This document shows, piece after piece, positions 1 through 6,126 of a DNA stretch of 26,876 nucleotides. The notes below the pieces were generated by a model. It did not search any database, was not told the DNA's origin, and worked only from the letters and a program-made list of their open reading frames with translations. The stretch lies in the IMG/VR virus record IMGVR_UViG_3300030389_004728, positions 1-26,876 of that record; one strand, given 5' to 3'. The stretch comes from a virus (Duplodnaviria; Caudoviricetes). The position numbers were made by a program, and so were the translations under genes. Numbering within the stretch: the first letter of the stretch is position 1; every line of letters begins with the position of its first letter.

Positions 1-18
1 AGACGAGGATTTTTAATT

Positions 19-213
19 ATGATTAAACTTGAAATGACTTACAACGAAGCATACCATATGATTAAACTCTATGACCTATTAAGGGATATGGATATGTTAG
101 AAGATTTACCAGGATGTATCGAAACATTCTTTGATAAGATACAGAGTGAGCAAGTTAATTACACCAATAAGGTAAGCATTGCACAGTCTAAAAGACCTAT
201 TGCAGAGTGGTAA
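19..213 (+). CDS. Small hypothetical phage protein (64 aa)
   Basis: ATG at 19 preceded by a GAGGA Shine-Dalgarno at 5-9; size and composition typical of small cyanomyovirus ORFs; no recognisable family. Confidence 0.7.
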   Translation: MIKLEMTYNEAYHMIKLYDLLRDMDMLEDLPGCIETFFDKIQSEQVNYTNKVSIAQSKRPIAEW

Positions 214-341
214 AAAACACTATAAAAACACCCATAAATAACACTTTTTTAAATATTAATGATTTCGTGAATATTACCCTATAAAGTGTGTATTCAATCC
301 AGATAGATTGACCCCTTAAAAGTATTACAAACACTAGGGTT

Positions 342-350
342 ATTATACCA
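342..350 (-). promoter_or_regulatory. Possible extended -10 promoter (TGGTATAAT), leftward
   Basis: + strand ATTATACCA at 342-350 reads TGGTATAAT on the - strand; no matching -35 at 17 bp. Confidence 0.35.
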
Positions 351-433
351 CGTTCGTTATTATATAAGGTAGTGTATTTACCCCGATTAATGTTATTTTA
401 AGACCATTAAAAAAGGTTAAATAAATGTATATG

Positions 434-481
434 GAATGTGTATAGAGTTCGTATAGAATGTGTATAGAATCCTTGTAGAAT
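434..481. repeat. 11-bp-period tandem repeat (GTATAGA core)
   Basis: GTATAGA at 440-446, 451-457 and 462-468; GAATGTGTATAGA exact at 434-446 and 456-468; degenerate GTAGAAT at 475-481. Confidence 0.75.
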
Positions 482-523
482 ACGAGTCCTTAAATGTTAC
501 TATCTTTCGTTATCTTGGCGTTC

Positions 524-552
524 ATTATATCATAAAACTCCAAGAAAGTCAA
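524..552 (-). promoter_or_regulatory. Sigma70-type promoter, leftward (TTGACT-N17-TATAAT with extended TG)
   Basis: The - strand reads TTGACT (552-547), a 17-nt spacer ending in TGA, then TATAAT (529-524). Confidence 0.7.
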
Positions 553-588
553 CACCCATTCGTGTTATATAAGGAGACAAAGATAAAT

Positions 589-617
589 TTGACAGTAACA
601 ACAATTCAGAGTATAAT
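589..617 (+). promoter_or_regulatory. Perfect sigma70 consensus promoter, rightward (TTGACA-N17-TATAAT)
   Basis: TTGACA 589-594, spacer 595-611 (17 nt), TATAAT 612-617; predicted start site about 624. Confidence 0.8.
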
Positions 618-668
618 AAGGTCATTAAGTAACAACTTCGTGTATGGACAGTTAGTAACAACAATTCA
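594..668. repeat. Direct repeat AGTAACAACAATTCA
   Basis: Exact 15-mer at 594-608 and 654-668; partial copy AGTAACAAC at 628-636. Confidence 0.75.
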
Positions 669-885
669 TCAAGATCTTATGAGTCTTATGTAATACTTAA
701 GGATTTAAAGTAAGTCTCTTAAAGTGTCAAGAACCAGTGCAAAGTACAACACCTTCGTTGACAACAATCACATAAGACTTGAAGGACAAAAGTAATAAGA
801 ATATGAGACAGACTTCGTGCAGTTCGTTAACACTTTGAGTCTTATATTCGTGTTGGTTCGTTAACACTTTATGGCAGTGTTTTGC
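624..885 (+). ncRNA. Candidate structured non-coding RNA or long leader
   Basis: Starts downstream of the perfect promoter, has no credible ORF and carries several inverted repeats (682-691/770-779, 725-730/758-763, 799-809/839-849, 863-868/876-881). Boundaries are inferred. Confidence 0.3.
822..870. repeat. Direct repeat GTTCGTTAACACTTT
   Basis: Exact 15-mer at 822-836 and 856-870, each preceded by TTCGTG (814-819, 847-852). Confidence 0.8.
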
Positions 886-1120
886 GGTTCTTTGTGTTAT
901 TATGGTTGCCCCCTTGCGTTTTAAAAACGACTAACTACCCTAACCTACAGAGGTGACAAATCGAGAGATAGATATAAGTCTCATAAAAAATTTCCAGGAT
1001 AGAAAAAAGACTCCAAGACCCCTTGTGTAGAAAAAAAATTCCCATATATTCAGAGGGGCACAGAGGTCGCAGAGAATTTCAAAGTAATATATAAAATTAA
1101 ATGTTCAAATCACGAAGAAA

Positions 1121-1273
1121 ATGAGAATCGACATTGACCAATACGAGAAAGACCTGATGTTGGAGACTCTCCAGTACCGTCTACAGCATGATGACCATCT
1201 AATACAAGAGATGACACTCAAAGACAACTTGGAAGACCTTTTAGGGAAACTGGAAGAGAACGCATATACATAA
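1121..1273 (+). CDS. Small acidic hypothetical protein (50 aa, MRIDIDQYEKDLMLETLQYRLQHDD...EENAYT); not in ORF track
   Basis: Read manually: ATG 1121 to TAA 1271-1273, open throughout, helical Leu/Asp/Glu pattern, same strand as neighbours. Confidence 0.7.
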   Translation: MRIDIDQYEKDLMLETLQYRLQHDDHLIQEMTLKDNLEDLLGKLEENAYT

Positions 1274-1282
1274 AGCATACCG

Positions 1283-1311
1283 TTGCAATTATTGAATTGA
1301 GGTGGTATAAT
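1283..1311 (+). promoter_or_regulatory. Sigma70-type promoter for the glycosyltransferase block (TTGCAA-N17-TATAAT, extended TG)
   Basis: TTGCAA 1283-1288, 17-nt spacer ending in TGG, TATAAT 1306-1311, 23 nt before the ATG at 1335. Confidence 0.7.
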
Positions 1312-1334
1312 AATAGAGTAATGATTCATCAGTT

Positions 1335-2093
1335 ATGGCAAAAGGATTTACCGTAAAGGCTGCAAAGCCTCAAGTTAAAAAGAAAGAAAAAGAATTCGAT
1401 CTCCAAGCAGCAAAACAATTAGTCAGAGGAAAGACAATCGTATTTTGTTTACCTGGAAGAGGAGTTTCATATATTTTCCTGAAGAACTTTGTGCAGATGT
1501 GCTTTGATTTGGTACAGAACGGTGCACAGATACAAATATCACAAGATTACAGTAGTATGGTAAACTTCGCAAGATGTAAATGTCTTGGTGCGAATGTACT
1601 ACGAGGACCTGATCAGAAACCTTGGGATGGAAACTTGAAATACGACTACCAATTATGGATTGATAGCGACATCGTATTCAACGTCGAGCAATTATATAAG
1701 CTTGTAGCACTCGATAAAGACATTGCAGCAGGTTGGTACTGCACAGAAGATGGAAATACTACTTCAATTGCTCACTGGTTGGAAGAGGGCGATTTTCGTA
1801 AGAATGGTGGAGTAATGAATCATGAGACTCTCGAAACAATGAGCAAACGTCGCAAACCATTCACCTGCGATTACACAGGATTCGGTTGGACTCTTATTAA
1901 GTACGGAGTATTCGAACATGAGAAGATGAAGTATCCTTGGTTTGCTCCAAAGATGCAAGTCTTTGAGTCTGGTGAGGTACAGGATATGTGTGGCGAGGAT
2001 GTCTCATTCTGCCTCGATGCCATTGAAGCAGGTTTTGAGATCTGGTGTGATCCTACGATGCGTGTAGGTCATGAGAAAACAAGAGTTATCTAG
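1335..2093 (+). CDS. GT-A fold (GT2-like) glycosyltransferase-like protein with Lys-rich N-terminus
   Basis: DxD motif in YQLWIDSDIVF, TGFGWTLIK, GEDVSFC and C-terminal DPTMRVGHEK match the phage GT2-like pattern. Confidence 0.8.
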   Translation: MAKGFTVKAAKPQVKKKEKEFDLQAAKQLVRGKTIVFCLPGRGVSYIFLKNFVQMCFDLVQNGAQIQISQDYSSMVNFARCKCLGANVLRGPDQKPWDGNLKYDYQLWIDSDIVFNVEQLYKLVALDKDIAAGWYCTEDGNTTSIAHWLEEGDFRKNGGVMNHETLETMSKRRKPFTCDYTGFGWTLIKYGVFEHEKMKYPWFAPKMQVFESGEVQDMCGEDVSFCLDAIEAGFEIWCDPTMRVGHEKTRVI

Positions 2094-2103
2094 GAGAAGG
2101 ACT

Positions 2104-2385
2104 ATGCACGATCAAGGATCAGTTTCAAAGGATGAAAGTCCTTCTGTAAAATATCAGAGGGCACTTGATCTCTTTACAGAGTCAGTTTTAGCACCTGATC
2201 ATAAGTTACGTGGTTGTGCACATAATCAGGGTTGTTATAATCAACTGATGGAGATTCGTGAACATGTTTTAGAGTATCTCAAGACCCTCAAGGAAGTCAC
2301 ACACCATCAGAATGCTGATGAGTCTGATATGATTGAGAGTGAGAAGTTGGAGAACATTAAAAAGTATCCATCGAAGTGGCGATAA
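2104..2385 (+). CDS. Conserved hypothetical cyanophage-type protein (93 aa; start moved from 2071 to 2104)
   Basis: GGAGAAGG Shine-Dalgarno at 2093-2100 precedes the ATG at 2104, which also removes the overlap with the upstream gene. Confidence 0.7.
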   Translation: MHDQGSVSKDESPSVKYQRALDLFTESVLAPDHKLRGCAHNQGCYNQLMEIREHVLEYLKTLKEVTHHQNADESDMIESEKLENIKKYPSKWR

Positions 2386-2423
2386 AAAATCGTCGTCAAA
2401 GTTAAAAAAATCGTCGTTAAAGT
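2383..2423. repeat. Tandem ~20-bp repeat TAAAAAA(A)TCGTCGTYAAAGT
   Basis: Copies at 2383-2402 and 2403-2423 fill the intergenic gap up to the AAGGAG RBS. Confidence 0.75.
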
Positions 2424-2439
2424 TTAAGGAGCATTAATT

Positions 2440-2580
2440 ATGGCAATGAGATTCAATATGGGTGATTCATTAATCGAAAGTCGCCCAAAGAAAACAAGAC
2501 AAGGAAGAGGAAAACATAGTAAGTACTCTGCTACGAGTCGCAATGGGGCAAAAAAGAGATATAGAGGTCAAGGTAAATGA
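2440..2580 (+). CDS. Small, highly basic protein (46 aa, ending KKRYRGQGK); not in ORF track
   Basis: AAGGAG RBS at 2426-2431, ATG 2440, TGA 2578-2580 overlapping the next ATG (ATGA); the KKRYRGQG ending is one I recognise from T4-like marine phages. Confidence 0.8.
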   Translation: MAMRFNMGDSLIESRPKKTRQGRGKHSKYSATSRNGAKKRYRGQGK

Positions 2581-2912
2581 TATCTGAAAAGAATATCGAA
2601 AGAACACCGAGTCGTATTCGAACTCGGTTTATTGCTGTCTTTGCTCTTGGAACGTCTCTTATCACGTTTACATCAGGTTTCTTTGTCTTTTTGTATATGA
2701 AGAGTCCTGCATTTGAGAATCAACTCACAGGACAGGTTATAAAGGATATGGATTGGATTATTGCAGAGGAGTTTGACAAGAAAATAAGGGAATTAAAACC
2801 AAGACCTGTTCCTGATCCTAATGATCCAAATGCTTGGTTTTGGGATTATATAGAGCAAAGAAATAAAGAGTATATAGAATGGGAAACAAAAGGTAAATGG
2901 GAGAACAACTAA
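2577..2912 (+). CDS. Hypothetical single-pass membrane protein (111 aa)
   Basis: Basic N-terminus followed by hydrophobic FIAVFALGTSLITFTSGFFVFLYM; coupled to both neighbouring genes. Confidence 0.7.
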   Translation: MISEKNIERTPSRIRTRFIAVFALGTSLITFTSGFFVFLYMKSPAFENQLTGQVIKDMDWIIAEEFDKKIRELKPRPVPDPNDPNAWFWDYIEQRNKEYIEWETKGKWENN

Positions 2913-3593
2913 ATGGCTTGTTTAATTGCAAATTTACCCTCCTATGAGGTATGGGTAAGAAAAGAGTATCTAACTGACCATAAGAGTGGTCATGGTGAGT
3001 TTGTAAAGGGAGTATGGGTATCTGCAAAGAGTATACCAGGTCGTGCTTTCTATTTCGAGACTTATTTACCAGAATATGCAGCAATGTTTGATAAATTGCC
3101 TATATCTGCGTTTACAACCGACCCAGAGACACCGAAACCCGACATGACCTTACATAATCTTCAGTTTTGGAACTGTATGGACTACGGTGTCGTAGCAGTA
3201 CAGAAGCAGTTTATCGGTTCAATGCACTATGAAGTGATGACAAGAGACTTTGGAAACCAAACAGGTACTTATATTTGCACTTTAGACAACTACCATCAAG
3301 ATGTAGACTCAATTGACTACTCTACAAGTGAACAACCTGCCGAACATAAGTCTCATAACCTTCTTGAACTTGATAATGGACAGTTTTGCCTCTATCCAAA
3401 CAATAGAATGAGGATTTTTGACAACAGTATTACCCCCGAAACACCCAAAGTTCCTGATTTTAAGGTTTCGACAGTGTATTATCAAGTCGAAAATGGTCAT
3501 GATCGTGATGGATTAGGTTCAGAAGAGAATTATTTTTGGAAAACAGCAAAAGAACGCAAAAATGAAGACAAAAATCAACTTGAATTGGGATAA
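2913..3593 (+). CDS. Conserved hypothetical marine phage protein (226 aa)
   Basis: GGGAGA RBS; motifs VWVRKEYL, SIPGRA, KLPISAF, QFWNC, EHKSHN, LDNGQFCLYPNNR resemble a conserved cyanomyovirus family of unknown function. Confidence 0.8.
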   Translation: MACLIANLPSYEVWVRKEYLTDHKSGHGEFVKGVWVSAKSIPGRAFYFETYLPEYAAMFDKLPISAFTTDPETPKPDMTLHNLQFWNCMDYGVVAVQKQFIGSMHYEVMTRDFGNQTGTYICTLDNYHQDVDSIDYSTSEQPAEHKSHNLLELDNGQFCLYPNNRMRIFDNSITPETPKVPDFKVSTVYYQVENGHDRDGLGSEENYFWKTAKERKNEDKNQLELG

Positions 3594-3596
3594 ATA
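3589..3596 (+). promoter_or_regulatory. T4-type late promoter (NATAAATA)
   Basis: GATAAATA overlapping the stop codon, upstream of the GGAG RBS and the ATG at 3615. Confidence 0.5.
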
Positions 3597-3614
3597 AAAT
3601 TAAAATGGAGAAAA

Positions 3615-3746
3615 ATGGTTATTAAAATGGATAAATCACAAGAATTTGTCAAATCTGGTCGAAAATTAATCAGTGAGTACGATGCAGACACTTATTATGA
3701 GGAAAAAGAGGAAGAAAAACCTCAATTTTTGAAAGAAGGCAAATAA
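3615..3746 (+). CDS. Small hypothetical protein (43 aa, MVIKMDKSQEF...PQFLKEGK); not in ORF track
   Basis: GGAG at 3607-3610, ATG 3615, TAA 3744-3746; fills the gap before gp25. Confidence 0.65.
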   Translation: MVIKMDKSQEFVKSGRKLISEYDADTYYEEKEEEKPQFLKEGK

Positions 3747-3749
3747 ATA
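3742..3749 (+). promoter_or_regulatory. T4-type late promoter (NATAAATA) upstream of the baseplate genes
   Basis: AATAAATA about 55 nt before the gp25 start; AT-rich context lowers specificity. Confidence 0.45.
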
Positions 3750-3803
3750 AACATAATATTAAAAAACCATTATACATATAATAGCAAAGTATAATATATT
3801 TGA

Positions 3804-4205
3804 ATGCCTACCTCAATTTCTCGTGCTTTTAAGGACATAAGTTTATCTTTTACGAGACATCCAGTTACAAATGACATCACTATTCTCAAAAATGAGGATG
3901 CGATCAAAAAATCTGTAAAAAATTTGTGTCAAACATCAATAAATGAAAGATTTTTCAATCCATTAATTGGAACTAGGATAGGTCAATCACTTTTTGAAAT
4001 AAATGATCCAGATATTAGTGAATTTTTGGAAGAAGATATTGAAAATACACTTAAAAACTATGAACCAAGGATAAAAGTGAGGTCTGTCAATGCAGAATCA
4101 GTGATGGATTCAAATGAATTGAATATTAAAGTAGAATATGACATAGTTGGATTGCCACTTCCATTGCAAAATATCGAATTTTTACTACAACCTAGCAAAT
4201 TATAA
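3804..4205 (+). CDS. g25: Baseplate wedge subunit gp25 (GPW/gp25 family)
   Basis: FKDISLSF..HPVTND, AIKKSVKNL, ERFFNP and NYEPRI motifs; 133 aa; directly upstream of gp6 with TAATG overlap. Confidence 0.92.
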   Translation: MPTSISRAFKDISLSFTRHPVTNDITILKNEDAIKKSVKNLCQTSINERFFNPLIGTRIGQSLFEINDPDISEFLEEDIENTLKNYEPRIKVRSVNAESVMDSNELNIKVEYDIVGLPLPLQNIEFLLQPSKL

Positions 4206-6124
4206 TGTCATTTAATCAATTTACCAACTTAGATTTTAGTTCATTAAGAACCCAGATTAAAGACTACCTTCGAAGTAGTTCAAAATTTAGTGATTTTGAC
4301 TTTGAAGGATCAAACTTTTCTGTTTTAATTGACACTTTAGCTTATAATTCATATATTACGTCATATAATACAAACATGTCTGTGAATGAAGCATTTCTCG
4401 ATAGTGCAACTGTTAGAGAAAATATAACTTCATTGGCAAGAAATATTGGTTATGTCCCTCGTTCATCAAGATCTGCTGTTGCACAAGTAAATTTATCTGT
4501 CAATTTTGGAGAAAGTACTGAAAATACTGTTATTTCTGCAACAATTAAAGCAGGAATTTTTGCAATTGGTTCAATTAACAGTGGAAATTACGTTTTTTCA
4601 ATTCCAGAAGACGTTACAGTGCCTGTAAACACAATTGTAAGCAATACAAGCGACACAAAAGTTGCAAATTTTACAAATATTTCAATATATGAAGGAAATT
4701 TTATCAAAAAAGAGTTTATAGTTGATTCATCTCAAACAAATCAAACATTTATTTTAGATAATAGTAATATTGACACTACTACAATTCGTGTTGAAGTTGA
4801 AACAAATGGAATTATAGAGAATTATGAAGAATATCGAAATATTTTTGAAGTTAATGCTAGATCTAGACTCTTTCTTATACAAGAAATTGCAGACGAAAAA
4901 TATCAAGTAATATTTGGAGATAATCTTTTAGGAAAAAAACCATCTAATGGTAGTAAAATTATAGTATCATATATTGTTAACAATGGTATAGATGGAAATG
5001 GTGCGAGTAATTTTACATTTTCTGGTAAAATTATATCTAATATTGGAAATATAAAAAGCACAGTAACAAGTGGTATATCGAACATAACGACCACTCAATC
5101 GTCCGAAAATGGTGATGAGATAGAAAGTATAGATTCTGTAAAATACCTTGCTCCAAGGGTCTATGCATCACAGTACAGAGCAGTTACAGCGAATGATTAT
5201 TCGAGTTTAATACCCAGTTTATATGCAAATATAGATTCAGTAAGTGCTTATGGTGGAGAAGAGTTAGATCCACCTGAATATGGAAGAGTTTATATAACAA
5301 TTAAACCAAAGAACGGAGATGTAATATCTGAAGCATTAAAAGATAATATCAAATCAAATTTAAAAAAATACACTGTTGCTGGAATTAAACAAGAATTACT
5401 CGATTTAAAATATCTTTACGTTGAGTATGAATCAACTGTTTCGTATGATTCGAGTTTTATTCCTGATAGGTTAAATTTACAAACAAGAATTACATCCTCT
5501 ATTCAGACTTATGCAAAATCTTCTGATATAAATTCTTTTGGTGGTAGACTAAAATATAGTAAACTTCAGTCAATTATTGACAATGTTGATGGTGGAATTA
5601 CTTCCAACATTACAAATATTAAAATGAGAAGAAATTTAGTTCCTCTATATAATGAGTTAGCAAACTACGAAATTTGTTACTTAAATAGATTTCATGCAGA
5701 TCTAGAAGGATTTAATGTAAAATCTACATCTTTTAAATTAGATGGTGTAAATGGTGACATATATCTTACTGATTTTCCAAATTTAGACCAAAAAACAGGA
5801 GTCATAAAATTTTTCACTCTTTCTAACCTTGATGAAGTCATATATGTGAATCAAAATGCTGGAAAAATTGATTATGTAAAGGGTGAGATAATTCTTTTCC
5901 CAACAAATATTGTATCTACAGGTTTAAGTGATAGAATTGAAATACAAGTAATACCAGAATCAAATGATATTATTTCAAAACAAAATTTATACATTATTTT
6001 AGATACATCAGCAAATAGTAGACTTTCTTTGATCGAAGATGTTGTATCTTCTGGATCAAATAGATCAGGAAACAATTATATGCCACCATCTAGCTTTATT
6101 AGTGGCAAAACGTATATAAGATAA
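4205..6124 (+). CDS. g6: Baseplate wedge subunit gp6
   Basis: LDF...IKDYL, DFDFEGSNFSVLIDTLAYN, NEAFLDSATVR, IGYVPRS, SQYRAVTANDY and GGEELDPPEYGRV motifs; 639 aa. Confidence 0.95.
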   Translation: MSFNQFTNLDFSSLRTQIKDYLRSSSKFSDFDFEGSNFSVLIDTLAYNSYITSYNTNMSVNEAFLDSATVRENITSLARNIGYVPRSSRSAVAQVNLSVNFGESTENTVISATIKAGIFAIGSINSGNYVFSIPEDVTVPVNTIVSNTSDTKVANFTNISIYEGNFIKKEFIVDSSQTNQTFILDNSNIDTTTIRVEVETNGIIENYEEYRNIFEVNARSRLFLIQEIADEKYQVIFGDNLLGKKPSNGSKIIVSYIVNNGIDGNGASNFTFSGKIISNIGNIKSTVTSGISNITTTQSSENGDEIESIDSVKYLAPRVYASQYRAVTANDYSSLIPSLYANIDSVSAYGGEELDPPEYGRVYITIKPKNGDVISEALKDNIKSNLKKYTVAGIKQELLDLKYLYVEYESTVSYDSSFIPDRLNLQTRITSSIQTYAKSSDINSFGGRLKYSKLQSIIDNVDGGITSNITNIKMRRNLVPLYNELANYEICYLNRFHADLEGFNVKSTSFKLDGVNGDIYLTDFPNLDQKTGVIKFFTLSNLDEVIYVNQNAGKIDYVKGEIILFPTNIVSTGLSDRIEIQVIPESNDIISKQNLYIILDTSANSRLSLIEDVVSSGSNRSGNNYMPPSSFISGKTYIR

Positions 6125-6126
6125 AA

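Noticed and set aside
460-693. 77-aa ORF with GTG start
   Set aside because: No RBS, runs through both promoters and the repeats, and has no protein-like features; likely a chance ORF.
701-786. Second divergent promoter pair from the TTGACA boxes at 725-730 (-) and 758-763 (+)
   Set aside because: No acceptable -10 hexamer at 16-18 bp for either box; kept only as an inverted repeat.
594-870. CRISPR-like mini-array
   Set aside because: Repeats are only 15 bp, occur in pairs of different sequences, have irregular spacing, and no cas genes are present.
214-1120. tRNA or known riboswitch
   Set aside because: No cloverleaf, T-loop plus acceptor stem, or recognisable glnA/manA/wcaG-type motif seen by eye; an Rfam scan would be decisive.
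1101-1124. 7-codon upstream ORF overlapping the ATG at 1121
   Set aside because: Too short, no RBS and expected by chance.
1105-1329. 74-aa - strand ORF
   Set aside because: Antisense to the more credible + strand gene at 1121-1273 and to the promoter at 1283-1311.
2071-2103. Upstream start for the 104-aa ORF
   Set aside because: Overlaps the glycosyltransferase C-terminus; the ATG at 2104 has the strong RBS.
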